From NCBI GenBank assembly GCA_038087875.1, contig JAXLNO010000085.1, positions 62,001-98,334 on the forward strand: a DNA stretch of 36,334 nucleotides, written 5' to 3'. A program made the translations under genes and the position numbers. Shown here in pieces: positions 1 through 12,580 of this stretch. The first letter of the stretch is position 1, and the number at the start of each line of letters is the position of its first letter. Below the pieces are notes generated by a model that did no database searches, was not told the DNA's origin, and saw only the letters and a list, made by a program, of their open reading frames with translations. Source of the stretch: Malacoraja senta (taxonomy: Eukaryota).

Positions 1-2195
1 ACTTTCAAAGAGCTCACAGGAATATTTAAGTAAATTGCCAGATGAAGACCAAAGTAAAAATCAGTTCTTCAGGTCCCCCAGCTCAACCTAATTACATATG
101 TCTTTGAATACAAGAGTTCCAAATATCACAAGCAGGGATGACACCATTATAAGAGCAGCTTTTTTTGTCTTAATTTTTTCCATCATTAGAGTTGGTCATT
201 ATTCACACTGACTTTCATTTAAGATTATGGAGAATGCCTTTCAAGAACCTACAGAAATGATGTTACCAGGTGCTAATGGATTAGTCACCGTTTTCTATTG
301 CAGGTCCGCAGCATAAGTAATGAGAGACCTATTACAATTTACCATCACCTTATGTGTTTGCTGAATATAGAACTCTAAACACATACTAAAATGGAGCATT
401 GTTGTATGAATTTGAACATCATAAAACTGAGGAAATAACATCATGGAAGTGATGTAATCCATTCCATATTATGTGGTTGTACTATTTAATAAAATATTGT
501 AGATGAGTATATTTTGGAATGAGAGATAGCCAGAACATGTCAAGTATGTTGAATGATAAGTATTAAGCAGTTGTTACAGCTGTTCTATGCAGGTGTATCC
601 GTGTCCTTCATTCACTTTTGACATGATTCATAAACGTTTTTTCACAATGTGAAGGTTACACATTTGCAAGAAAAAAAAAATCCTGATAATCAATTGATAT
701 CAGATTAATGAAACACTCCAAGGTGGTCAATTAACTGAGATTATAACTGATGAATTTGCAGTTGCCTTTGAAGGAACATTTATTAAGATTGTGCAGGATT
801 ATAATATTTGTTAAACAGAATTATAAATAAATCATAAATGTCACCATGTTTTAAAGTGCACATTGTACATATTCAATCTTGTATCATTACTGTTTCCTGC
901 AGTGAATGCATAACCACCAACAAAATGTATGTTTGTGCATTTTAAGGAAATGTAGATTATGGGGATATATGTATTGGAATTTGTTGCTTTTTTCTGAAAT
1001 TCATGAAAAGATTTAGAAAATAGACTTTTATTGTGCCATTTTAAAGCAAAATAATTTTGCCGATTCATTAAGTATCAGACTTTATTAAAATGTTAATGAA
1101 GCAATTAATGTGACTTTTTATTTTAAAAAGCTGGACAAACCAATTTATAGGACATCATGGATCACTGAACATGTCAGACTGAGGTAGCGAAGATCAATTG
1201 TCAAATTGCTGAAATAATGGTGGACTTCATGACATCACCTTACGATTAATCAGTCAGAGATTGGAGCTCTCTTAAACACAACCAATGAGTTATCAGCATT
1301 AATGGTGTTTCTTATTGACAGCCTTCTGCTTGGTATAGGGTAGAAATCTCATCCAAGTTATTCACGAGTCAGTTGACATCCCTTTCAAACTAGGGAATGT
1401 AACCATTCAAAATAGAACAGAGCAAAATAGTTCTTTAATTACCAGCAAAGGTATCCTCTGGATATTATTCCATCTCAAAACATCCAATTCAATTTGTGAG
1501 CAATTTGTAAAGCACAGCGGCATAATCATTGTTACCTCCGACAAAATTGGTACTGCAAAATCTATAATGTTAATAAATGCTTTAAAATTTATTGCTCAGG
1601 ATCCGAGCCAACAACAGGGAGGTTTTCAACAAATAAGTGTTTAAGCAATAAAACTAAACAGCACTGCAAAAGGATACCATATCAGAATTCCACTTCATTT
1701 TAAGGGGCCAAGAAAATGTCTGGTGGCTTTTGCAACTATTTCCAAAGGGAAGTTATATTTGGATCATCGATAAGATAAACAAACTCACTTCCTTTTCTGA
1801 ATGTTCTAAAGGCTGTTCGTTATCCTAATAACTTTAAGTCCAATTTGGTAGACTGGACATCATAGCTAAGAGTTGAAATACTGTACTGAACTTTCCTCAT
1901 GGCTAATCCCACTGCATGCGTTGATGCCATTATCCTAGTCTAAAGCAATCCAGGAGCCCTATTTAAGATCAAATCTGTTGAACATAATAAATGGTTGGGA
2001 TGGAAGATGGAACTACAATGACAGGGCAGGGGCCAGATATGACGACTTTATTGTCTAGACTAATGTTTGTGCAATAAAATTATGGCTTAAACGTTTAAAC
2101 TATTTAATGAAGCAGGCATCAATGGGTTAAAAAGTTTCTACCCATATGCAATTCGAACTCTGAACACTATGACAACATCACATAGCCACCTCGTG

Positions 2196-2330
2196 CATGT
2201 ACTGTATACTGTATGTTGTTGTGTTTTATGTTATGTTTGACGGGAATCAGCCTATTGTGTAACATCCTGTACTGAACATGAATTCCACCAGCTTGACTGT
2301 GTGGTCATTAAATAATCTGAATCTGAATCA
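2196..2330 (+). mobile_element. Short 3' tail fragment of a LINE/SINE
   Basis: GT-rich tract ending CATTAAATAATCTGAATCTGAATC (short tandem tail typical of non-LTR 3' ends); family not assignable. Confidence 0.35.
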
Positions 2331-2437
2331 AGCTACTGGATTGATTGAAATTAGATTAGATTAAAATTAATTAGAATTAAAATTAATAGATAGATCCTTT
2401 GGTTAACCTGAACTGGTCTTTAATGGGAATTATCAAA

Positions 2438-3145
2438 CTTCAAGTTCAAGTTCGCGTTTATTGTCACAACCAACTAAGGTACAGTGCAATTTGAGTTACC
2501 ATACAGCTATAGTAAGTGAAAAGAACACAATACACACAAAAAATAAAATTTAACATAAACATCCACCACAGTGGGATCAACATTCCTCACTGTGATGGAA
2601 AGCAATAAAGTTCAGTCATCTTCCTCTTTGTTCATCGTGGTCGGGGCCTTGAACCCTCTGCAGTTCGCCGCTGCCGACGGTCCGATGTCCAGGCCCTCTC
2701 GTTGGGATGATCGAACCCGGCGTCTGGACGGATTGCAACATGGAGCTCCCGAATCGGCCACTTCTTACCGGAGACTGCGGGCTTCACGGTGTTAAAGTCC
2801 ACAGGCCCCGCAGTCGGAGCTCTTCTTCTGATGACATTAGGCAAAGGATCGCCCGTTCCGCGAAGTCCGCACCGCGCCAGCAGCTTGAAGCTCCGGACCG
2901 GTCTCCAGGAAAGGCCGCATCAATCCAGGTTGTTAGACCGCAAGGGGGAGGGGGGGGGGCGGAGATACGAGATGGAGAAAATAGCATCTTCGTTGAGGTA
3001 AGTGACTAAAAAAGCTTCCCCCTATTCCCCCCACCACCCACATAAACGAAATGTTCAAGAAACATTGAAACATACATTAAAGACATCCTTAAAATAATAA
3101 AAACAGAGAAGGGATGCAACAGGCTGTTGGCGAGGCGGCCATTTG
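2438..3145 (-). mobile_element. GC-rich non-autonomous retroposon-like repeat, copy A
   Basis: Collinear with 3633-4459 (CACAGTGG.ATCAACATT..TCACTGTG.TGGAA, GGAGAAAA...GAGGTAAGTGACTAAAAAA); left end has (CAAGTT)n tail plus TTTATTGTCAC, i.e. TGACAATAAA on minus strand. Confidence 0.6.
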
Positions 3146-3271
3146 GTAAGTAACTTTGACTTACCAAACTGAGTTAGCGGCATTCATGAAGGATGCAAAC
3201 AATTCAACATTAATCTAAGATAGCCGACATGAAAGTGACCACAACATTAACAAACTTCAACCAAGTCTACT

Positions 3272-4663
3272 GCCCCTGTCCAACTTAGGCAATTTTTTAG
3301 GCGACTACAGGCAACTAGGTTGTCGCCACATGGTCGAGGGGTGACGCCTGTATGGTCATGAGTAGTCTCCTCAAGTCGCCCAAAGAGTCGTAGCGTTTTT
3401 CTGGTCACCGCTGAATTTAGAAAAGTTCAAAACTTTTCGGCGACAGTGGGCTTGACGCCAATGATTGTAGCTAGTCTTCTCCTGACGTAGGTGTTGTCGT
3501 AGGTTGTTGCCAGGATGATGTAGGTAGGGGTCAGGTGATATAGGTTGTCGTTGGGTGATGATTTCGGTGAATTCCAATGGCGACTACCTACTTCAACCGG
3601 CACCAGGTACCGGCAACTGAATTGTCTTACGAAGTCCATTCACATTTATTGCCACATGCACCAATTAAGGTACAGTGGAATGTGATTTACCATGCAGCCA
3701 CACAATCAAAAAGAGCAGAATACACAATAGAATACAACATGAACATCAACCACAGTGGAATCAACATTCTTCACTGTGGTGGAAGGCAACAACATTCAGT
3801 CAGTCCTCCTCCTTTGTTCATCCGTGGTCGGGGTTATGAACCCTCCGCAGTCTCAGCTACGGACAGCCCGATGTACAGGCCCTCTCGTCGGGATGCTCAA
3901 AACTCCGACGTCGGGATGGACGGACACTCCACGGCTTGGATGTCCCGAATCGGTTGCTTCCTACCGGAGACCGCGGCTTCACGATGTTATAGGTCGCAGG
4001 CCGGCAGTCAGAGCTCTTCTCCGGCAATCCCCGGCAAGGGATCCCAGACTCCGCGATGGAAAGTCCATGCCGCGCCCGCGGCTAGAAGCTCCACAGACCG
4101 CGGCCTCAGGATGCTGTAGTCCGCGGGCCAGCGATTGGAGCACTTCTTCTGGCGACCCCCGGCAAGGGATCGCCCGGCTCCGCGATGGAAAGTCCGTGTT
4201 GCACCCGCTGCTGAAGCTCTGGGCCCGACTCTGGGAGAGGCCGCACCAATCCAAGCTGTTAGGCCGCGAGAGAGGGCGAAAATGCAAATAGGAGAAAAGT
4301 CGCATTCCACTGAGGTAAGTGACTAAAAAAAAAGTTCTCCCTTCCCCACCACCACCCCCGCACACTGAAACACAGTTTCATACTGACATACTAAAAACAA
4401 AAAAAAAGTCAAAAGGACGAACAGCTGCTGGCGATGCTGCCGGCTCGCGGCACCACCAGAAATTGGGGTGGGACCTTGTAGCTTGTCATAGGTGTGGTCG
4501 TAGGTGGACGTCCTAATGGGTCGCCGGTAGCTTGCCGTCGACTAGGTGGTAGGTTGTCATAGACATTGTCGTGGGGGGGTCCAGTCGCCGTTTTTTCAGC
4601 GACCTGCTACGACTATGAGTCACCGGCAGTAGCTGGAAAAAATCGCTTAAGTGGGACAGGCCC
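3272..4663. mobile_element. Non-autonomous TIR DNA transposon (Harbinger/PIF-like termini), interrupted by repeat copy B
   Basis: Left GCCCCTGTCCAACTTAGGCAATTTTT pairs with right AAAAATCGCTTAAGTGGGACAGGCCC; interior rich in GTCGTAG/GGCGAC motifs on both sides of the insert; no clean TSD, superfamily tentative. Confidence 0.6.
3633..4459 (-). mobile_element. GC-rich non-autonomous retroposon-like repeat, copy B
   Basis: Homologous to 2438-3145; has internal duplication of CCCCGGCAAGGGATC...CTCCGCGATGGAAAGTCC; sits inside the TIR element. Confidence 0.6.
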
Positions 4664-4847
4664 ATAAGAATGGAATAAATGTCCTGTTCAATGTGGTTTA
4701 TCTATAGATAAATCTCACTTTAAATTCAGATTTGTATTAAAATAATGTCTGATTAAGAAAAGAATTAAAGGACAGATGTAAGTTAACTGCACAGAAAATT
4801 ACAGCTCCCAATCTAGGAGGAATATCATTACAGTTTTGTCATCGAGT

Positions 4848-5803
4848 CATAGATTGATAGTGTGGAAACAGGCCCTTCGGCCCAACTCGCCCACACTGGC
4901 CAACAATGTCCCAGCTACCCTAGTCCCACTTGCCTGCGCTTGGTCCATAACCCTCCAAACCAGTCCTATCCTTGCACCTGTCCAACATTTTTTTGTTTTT
5001 GTTTTAAACAATGGGATAGTCCCAGCCTCAACTACCTCCTCTGGCAGCTTGTTCCGTACACCCACCACCCTCTGTATGAAAAAGTTTCCCCTCGGATTCC
5101 TATTAAATCTTTTCCCCTTCACCTTATGTCCTCTGGTCCTCGATTACCCTCCTCTGGGTAAAAGACTGTGCATCTACCCGATCTATTCCTCTCATGGTTT
5201 TGTACACCTCTATAAGATGTCCCCTCATCCTCCTACAATAGACAATAGACAATAGGTGCAGGAGTAGGCCATTTGGCCCTTCGAGCCAGCACCGCCATTC
5301 AATGTGATCATGGCTGATCATCCCCAATCAATACCCCGTTCCTGTCTTCTCCCCATATACCCTGACTCCGCTATTTTTAAGAGCCTTATCTAGCTCCCTC
5401 TTGAAAGCATCCAGAGAACCTGCCTCCACTGCCCTCTGAGGCAGAGAATTCCACAGACTCACCACTCTCTGTGAGAAAAAGTGTTTCCTCGTCTCCGTTC
5501 TAAATGGCTTACTCCTTATTCCTAAACTGTGGCCCCTGGTTCTGGACTCCCCCAACATCGGGAACATGTTACCTGCCTCTAGCGTGTTCAAGCCCTTAAC
5601 AATCTTATATGTTTTAATGAGATCCACTCTCATCCTTCTAAACTCCAGAGTGTACAAGCCCAGCCGCTCCATTCTCTCAGCATATGACAGTCCCACCATC
5701 CCGGGAATTAACCTAGTAAACCTACGCTGCACTCCCTCAATACTAGTAAACCTACGCTGCACTCCCTACACTCTAAGGAATAGAGACCTAGCCTACTCAA
5801 CCT
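4848..5803 (-). mobile_element. CR1 LINE 3' fragment (outer), split by a second CR1
   Basis: ORF2 C-terminal peptide KGKRFNRNPRGNFFIQRVVGVRNKLPEEVVEAG; same family as the 27385-27810 3' end; sequence resumes at 5768 (CTCTAAGGAATAGAGACC). Confidence 0.85.
5236..5767 (-). mobile_element. CR1 LINE 3' fragment (inner, 5'-truncated) with (CAATAGA)n tail
   Basis: ORF 5328-5762 IEGVQRRFTRLIPGMVGLSYAERMERLGLYTLEFRRMRVDLI...FFSQRVVSLWNSLPQRAVEA is a CR1 ORF2 C-terminus; CCTACA flanks both sides. Confidence 0.9.
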
Positions 5804-5952
5804 AGATTTATTTAAGCCTACTCAAACTGATTTATTAAGTTTCACTAAACTGATTTAGTTAAGTTTCACTATAGCTTATTCATAAGAAATGTCAGTACAT
5901 TTTCTACTTGAAATTTCTAACCTGCAGCTAATTATCACTAAACTTAATTATG

Positions 5953-6097
5953 CACTAAACGCTATTCCCTTTATCCTGTATCTGTACACTGCGGATGATT
6001 TGATTGTAATCGTGTATAGTCTTTTCGCTGATTGGATAGCACGCAATAACAAAGCTTTCCACTGTACCTTGGTACACATGACAATAGACTAAACTAA
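5953..6097 (+). mobile_element. LINE/SINE 3' tail fragment
   Basis: Ends AAAGCTTTCCACTGTACCTTGGTACACATGACAATAGACTAAACTAA: GTAC..GTAC stem-loop plus short tandem tail. Confidence 0.5.
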
Positions 6098-7740
6098 TTG
6101 GAGACAAAGTAGGAGTGGGGTGGCAACAGAAGAACAATGTGGGTGCAGTCCATAATCTTACAAACAGACCAGGCTTTGAAAGAACTGGATCAATTTAAAG
6201 AAACCAAACAGCCTTTCCTCAGTTAATTCTAGCCTTCTCTGTATCCAAAATATAATGTTCTGCCATAGTCTGTATTTGCAATAAATCTTAGCAACAGTGC
6301 GAAATGTTAATCCATTCCACTACCTCGTCATCATCTTCCCCCCCACGAAAATAAGCAAAAAACAAAACAAAAATTGAATAGGGTAATAGTAAATGAATGT
6401 CATAATAGAAGAAACTTCCAGTTTTTATTTTGTTTTTGAATACTTTGTTCACTAAAATAGAACACAAATAGATATTTTTTATATTTCTTAAAGGCACTGA
6501 TTTACAAATGATTCTCAAGTGAAACAAAACCAAAGTAATCACAGCAGTAATAGTAATTATGCTGAAAATGAAAGCAAGCCATGGTGGCACTGTAAACAAT
6601 CAACATGCATCACAACTCTATCAACGTTTTCAATGTTAGATCGCACACTGCTGCGTTTAAATCGCTGCAAGATTAATCATAAATACGCACTTGTCCATTT
6701 TATGATCCAGATACTCACGGTCTTGGAAAAACAAATGCTACGTTATACCATCAGAACCTGGATTTAGTGTTATGAAGGCAATTGATGATGGAATGTAAAC
6801 ACCAGCATTTTAAGCAAAGTCCATTCCTTTGAACAATCAAAAACAAATCCATAACATCAATAAAATATCAATCTATACCACCAATTCTTGGGGAATTAGG
6901 TTGAGGTTCTTTAATAAAAGGATATGAAAAAGTAGAGCATCATCATTGACTGCTCAATTTCTGCTTCTTTTGATCTAGCACAGGTAATGGGTATTATGCC
7001 CTCCTGGTTGCATGGTGCAAGAAAACCAGATAGGTTAGGAAGACAAAAGAAGAGAAAAACTTAATTTGAAAGACAGATTATGTCCTTTGACAAATAAAGC
7101 AAAAATAAATGTTATAAAATTTCTCAGGAAATCAAAATGTCAGCATAGCATTACACAAATTATTAAATAAACATTCTGCATATTTGATTCAAATCCCAAT
7201 TTGTTGTGGAATGCCTGCTAATATAGTATTTTGCATGGAAGATTTTAACTACAACAAAAGGAAAATTATCGTATTTGCGCAAAACACAACACTAACGGAA
7301 CACACCGATAAGGAAACCATTGTGCACGTCTTCATTATGAAAACATTTCAAACGTATGAAGGGCAAATCCTAGCCAATGTTACTTTCAAACTAGTGATTG
7401 CCATTTTTAAAGATTGCTCATCAAATGGATATATTCCATTTGTAACATTAGTAAATCCTGCTTTTTCCCCTCCAAAATGAAAAAGGATAAGAAATTATCC
7501 ACTGAAGAAATTATCTCTCATCGTGGACCAAATTCTTACACTGTGGCTAACACTTCTTCAAAAGAGGCTTGTTGCGCTGGTATCCTGTATATATTTTAGT
7601 TTTCTTTCCCCACAAGATAAGACATTTTGCATAATACTAGTTTATCTCTATTTATAATATTGTTTGTGCAACATAAATTCTATTGTACAATATAATTAGC
7701 CTCTTTTCCTCCACTCAAATGCATGTTGCTTTTCTGAATT

Positions 7741-7746
7741 TTTATT
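7741..7746 (-). terminator. Candidate polyadenylation signal of GTF2A1L
   Basis: AATAAA on minus strand about 200 nt downstream of the TAG stop; AT-rich context makes a chance match possible. Confidence 0.3.
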
Positions 7747-7947
7747 ATTAGCCAGTTAAGTGATTTCTATTTTGAAAGAACTTGCATCACAGCAAGTCCT
7801 GATCAATTTTACCATAGTTATGCGAAATTCTAATTGTCAAAGAATAAAAGAATTCACCAATTTAAGGATGGGTAATGGAAAGCCACCAATCAATTCAAGT
7901 AACTTGTAAAGAACTTGTCACGTTGCTCAATTGATTTTTTTTCATTC

Positions 7948-8055
7948 CTACCATTCTGCATCCCCAACAGCTTTAGAGAATACATAATCTCTCCCATTGT
8001 AGGTCATTATTCCATCCTTAAGATAGAATTTCCACTTGTTTTTACTTCTGTGAAT
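7948..8055 (-). CDS. GTF2A1L: GTF2A1L last coding exon (TFIIA beta C-terminal beta-barrel)
   Basis: Hand translation IHRSKNKWKFYLKDGIMTYNGRDYVFSKAVGDAEW* (108 nt), preceded by acceptor TTTTCTGCATTAG; too short for the ORF track. Confidence 0.97.
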   Translation of the reverse strand: MHRSKNKWKFYLKDGIMTYNGRDYVFSKAVGDAEW

Positions 8056-8209
8056 CTAATGCAGAAAATAAAACAATGTCACCTGTCAGTCAAAACAGTG
8101 AACTGTTCTCATTTCCAAATTAATTTCTTTCCACAAACAATTAAAAGTGATAATGCCAAATTTGTACAGACAACGTTGGTGTAGCAAATACTATTCTTAA
8201 TTTCATAAC

Positions 8210-8307
8210 ATCCCCACACCGACTTGTCTGACCTCTGCCTCCTCCAGTGCTCCATTGCTAGGGCAAGGCCAAACACAAACCAGAGGAACAGCACATCATA
8301 TTCTGCC
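8210..8307 (+). mobile_element. Degenerate Penelope-like fragment
   Basis: Resembles the reverse complement of 11350-11450 (CTCTGCCTCCTCCA...GGCCAAACACAAACCAGAGGAACAGCACATCATATTCTGC). Confidence 0.55.
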
Positions 8308-9951
8308 GGTGGGGGGAGAGAAACTATTAAAAGATAACTAATCTACCGCAATCTCAGATTTTAAAGAATTGATTTATAGATACTGTCACACATTACAAAA
8401 GTATGTTAACAAGCCATTTTCTCCATCTGGTGCCGATCAAACATACCATTTCCTTATGCAGTACTAATTCTTACATGTATCTACCATGACTTTCAATGTC
8501 AACCAGATGTTGGAGAGTCAACATGACCCTAACATTCCAATCCATTCATCTTTAAGGAAGCAGACCAATAAATTCATGTGGCCCCTTTATTAAGTTATAC
8601 CATTTACACATCTATATTAGAAATATCAATAATGTTTAATGCCAACAATGCCACTTTGTTCTGTGGATGTGGTCAGATGTGACTCACACTATAGAGCATG
8701 TAACCAAATCAAGTTAATTTGCCTCAAAAATATTCTAAGGTGTTTCACAAGAGCAAAATCAAATAATGTTTGAGACATTCCATAGATGCAAACATTAGGG
8801 CAGATAATCAAAAAGACGAGCACTAAGTAGCCTCTTAAAGGAAACAGTAGAGAGGTTTTAGAGGGAATTAGACTTTTGGGCCTTGACAGCTAAGGACATA
8901 GCAAGATAATCAGGCTAGAAGTAGAGGCTGCAAATACCTCAGAGTCATGCAACGAGAGAATGCACAAAAGGAAAGTGAAAAGTGAGAAGAGACTTGTTTA
9001 ATTGGGGCATTATATTGGACCAAAGTACCCAAATATCCCAGAATTTGGTTTGGTTAGGCCTTAGGCAGCACACTTCCAGTCTTCAGTGGGTGAAACAAAG
9101 GAGGCTGTCCAGCAGTGTGCCAGAGTGATTCATATCTGGAGGCAAAAGCATGTCAAAGCAAGAATAGAGGCAAGACCTGCTCAGGAAAGTGAGGTTGGAA
9201 AAGAGACAGAGGACAGAGTCATCAAGCACAAGCAACCCCAGTGGGGAATTATTGCATTCCTAGAAAACAGGCTATAATCGCAATTTTCCGCAATGCAATC
9301 ACTGCGTTGAGAAAACACAACTTTGTTGTGTTTTTTTACTTTTCACAGAAAATCTGCAACAGATCTCAAAGTTTTAGCTAGTGATACATGAATTCACCAG
9401 GGACAAATTTCCATGATAAATGTGAGGTCGTCCAATTTACTTCCCCCCCCCCCTCCCCCCCATATGGAGAATTGCAATTATTGCAGATTTGAAATGCAAT
9501 ATAAAGTTTGGACCGAGTTACACCAACATTTATTTTGAGGCAGAGCCTCAAGCCTGCTCACAAAAACACCTGACATAAGGGACATTAATTACATTGGAAT
9601 CTGAATGCCAATGTTTTCAGCAACTTTCCAAATGAACTGGAATCATTTTTCATAGTTATGGTTCATGCTAAAAAGGCAGAATCAGCTTTGAAATGGGTGT
9701 TTAAAGAATCGAATATATCTCACTAGTCCAGTTATAAACTTACTTTCCTGTCATTAAGTAACCTATTTATGCAGGTTTTTTTTAACCGATATTACTTTAT
9801 TATCTAACCCAATTGCATTTGTTTTCTTTCCTGACCCTTAAATAATTTGAGGTCAAATAAGAAGCCAAATGCATTCTGATTTCATCTGCTCCAACAAGTA
9901 GAAGAGGGGACAGGTCAGAATTTCTTCTCAATTTATTTCCTCTCTCTGCAA

Positions 9952-10470
9952 GTGGCACAAGACCTGGCAGGCCATGCAGCCAGACACACAAGACCCGGTG
10001 GGCCACAGCCTGTAGCGGGATGCCGCCAAGCCGGCCCCTGCTCATCCCCCCAGAGACCGTAGAAAAGGGAGCCGGCGATGAAAGACGCGAGGAGCAAGGA
10101 CAATAAGGCAGTGAACCGGGGTCTGTCCTTCGGCGCCCAGCTGCGGAAGACACCCCCTCGGGCACTGTGGGCGACAGGGTCACCGTTTTGCTGGATGCTC
10201 CAGACGTCCAAAGAAGGTAACGGCTGGAGGCCCTGCAGCAGCCTGGGGCTCGCCTGGACTGGGCACCCTTCATAAGATCTAGAGTGCGAACTGGACTGAA
10301 AATGGCACCAAAACCTGCCGCCTCTTGCATGTGGTCTCAGTGGACTATTTCTGTACACTTTGCTAATTGAGGATTGTGCTTAGGTATGGAAATACTTTGC
10401 TGAACAGTATGCAAAAAATATCTCACTGTGTGTTTGTTTATGTGGCAATAAATCACCATTGCCCATTGAA
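9952..10470 (+). repeat. Old GC-rich interspersed repeat with LINE-like tail
   Basis: Abrupt GC-rich block in AT-rich intron ending TCACTGTG...TGTGGCAATAAATCACCATTG; its ORFs resemble no protein I recognise. Confidence 0.35.
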
Positions 10471-10646
10471 GTGAGTAAAAGCCTTGCTTCTTTTTCCATC
10501 GTTGCTAGCAGAAATATTAAAATTGGGAATTTGATAACGAGTATTAGTTCATAAACCAGCTAGCACTATTTTAAAACTAAAAACATGCTTTGAAATAAAT
10601 ATAAAAATTGAAATAAATAGTATGTAAATGAAGCAAAAGCATTTAC

Positions 10647-10736
10647 CTTATCGTACTGGCAAACAATGACATTTTCTGTATCAAATAGATCAGGTACTTC
10701 TTGCTCACTCACATCATCTCCTGAATTCAAAGGATC
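10647..10736 (-). CDS. GTF2A1L: GTF2A1L penultimate coding exon
   Basis: DPLNSGDDVSEQEVPDLFDTENVIVCQYDK (90 nt, phase 0/0), TTTCCTTTCCAG acceptor and GTAAAT donor; DPLNSGDDVSEQ.VPDL is ALF-type rather than GTF2A1-type. Confidence 0.97.
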
Positions 10737-11055
10737 CTGGAAAGGAAAAGTACACAAATTAACCCATCCTCCATTAATTATTGAAGATTAATGACAAAGT
10801 TCTGCAAGCTATGTTTTAAAGAATTAAAAAATGTAAGGATTAAGGGTTGATAGGTTACAACCAAGAGTCAAGAGTAAAAAGAGAGCTACATTATTATGGA
10901 GTCTTTTGGGTGGTTAGTTCTTCCAAAAATGTTTTATACTTTAAATAAACACTAATGCAATGTAGAGAAGGACAATGTAAAGCAGGAATTTGTTGTATCC
11001 TTTCTACATGTCAATACTGCTCTGCAACAATTTCAACAACTAATAATCTTTAATG

Positions 11056-12028
11056 TGTTAAAGAAGGAACTGCAGATGCTGGAAAATCGAAGGTACACAA
11101 AAATGCTGGAGAAACTCAGCGGGTGCAGCAGCATCTATGGAGCGAAGGAAATAGGTAACGTTTCGGGCCGAAACCCTTCTTCAGACTGATAGGGGGTGGG
11201 GAGAAGAAAGGAAAAAAGGAAAAAGGCGGAGGAGGAGCCCGAGGGCTGGGGGAGGGGAGGAGACAACCAGATGGCTGATGAAGGGGAGGGGACAGCAAGG
11301 GCTAGCAGAATTGGGAGAATTCAATGTTCAAGCCCCCAGGATGTAGACTGCCCAAGCGGAATATGAGGTGCATTTCCTCCAATTTACGGTGTTGCTCGCT
11401 GTGGCCATGGAGGAGACCCAGGACAGAGAGGTCAGATACGGAATGGGAGGGGGAGTTGAAGTGCTGAGCCACCGGGAGTTCAGGTTGGTTATTGCCAGAG
11501 GTGTTCGGCTAAACGATCGCCAAGCCTCCGCTTGGTCTCACCGGTGTAGATCAGCTGGCATCTAGAGCAGCGAATGCAATAGATGAGGTTGGAGGAGATG
11601 CAGGTGAACCTCTGTCGCACCTGGAACGACTGCTTGGGTCCTTGAATGGAGTAGAGGGGGCTGGTGAAGGGACAAGTGTTGCATCTCTTGCGGTTGCAAG
11701 GAAAAGTACCAGGGGAGGGGGTGGTATGGGAGGGAAGGGAAGAATTGACAAGGGAGTTACGGAGGGAGCGGTCTTTGCGGAAGGCAGACATGGGGGGAGA
11801 TGGGAAGATGTGGCGAGTGGTGGGGTCACGTTGGAGGTGGCGAAACTGACAGAGGATCACTTGTTGTATGTGACGGCTGGTGGGGTGAAAGGTGAGGACT
11901 AGGGGGCTCTGCCCTTGTTGTGAGTGGGGGGATGGGGAGAGAGAGCAGTGTTGCGGGGTATGGCAGAGACCCTGGTGTGAGCCTCATCTATGGTGGAGGA
12001 GGGGAACCCCCGTTCCCTGAAGAATGAG
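11056..12028 (-). mobile_element. Penelope-like retroelement, 5'-truncated (linker, GIY-YIG endonuclease, pLTR)
   Basis: ORF 11489-11860 ...FPCNRKRCNTC...FTCISSNLIYCIRCSRCQLIYTGETKRRLGDRLAEH; 11-bp direct repeat AATCTTTAATG at 11045-11055 and 12029-12039. Confidence 0.92.
11156..11184 (-). ncRNA. Minimal hammerhead ribozyme motif in Penelope pLTR
   Basis: Minus strand CTGAAGA-A-GGG-TTTCGG-CCC-GAAAC-GTTA: CUGANGA and GAAA cores, short stem II, palindromic AACGTT. Confidence 0.65.
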
Positions 12029-12580
12029 AATCTTTAATGACTGATTACCTCATATTTCTCTAATCTGGCACCTCAAAACCTGAAGCGGGTATGATGTGAT
12101 ATTCATCTTGTTAATAGAGAAATGTCAACAACGTGCAAAAATTGAATTCTATAATTGTTAATCCCATTGTATTTATGCATGAATTTTTTTTGGTATTTGC
12201 CTCAATCACGTTGTCAGAATGATTATCGCGTCCAAATGGTTGATCTGCCTCTGGGTACAACATTAACTCAATTGGCGTTCAAGCCCTCACGTAATTATTC
12301 CCCTAGTTGTGTTGTAGTAATAAAAAAAATCTGCTCTTAATTTTAAACTGATGCTTTTGTAATACATGAATGGCAAAATAGATGAAAAAGTGCTGGAGGG
12401 GAAATCACTGATAGACATTACACTGCACCCAAGGAGAAAGAGAAGGACAGCAAGGCCTCACAATTCAAGAAAATAAAAACTAGTCTCAGACAATGACCAA
12501 ATAGCAATTGAAGGGAGTTGCTGTATTGGTCACAAATTCTTGCCAGTTTCTCTCATGAGCAGGAAGACCTTGCCATCATT

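Noticed and set aside
2..91. Open frame LSKSSQEYLSKLPDEDQSKNQFFRSPSST* at the window edge as the tail of a convergent gene (LHCGR neighbours GTF2A1L in human)
   Set aside because: Only 29 codons with no recognisable motif; synteny alone is not evidence
1200..1330. Cluster of TAATC, CCAAT and TGACAG motifs suggesting an enhancer (similar impression at 6580-6720 and 12215-12340)
   Set aside because: Short motifs occur by chance; needs cross-species conservation data I do not have
2571..4516. Many overlapping 60-180 aa ORFs
   Set aside because: By-product of GC-rich repeats; ORFs in all frames and not conserved between the two copies
9800..10358. 176-aa and 141-aa minus-strand ORFs inside the last intron
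   Set aside because: No recognisable domain; lie in a GC-rich repeat; flanking exons join in frame without them
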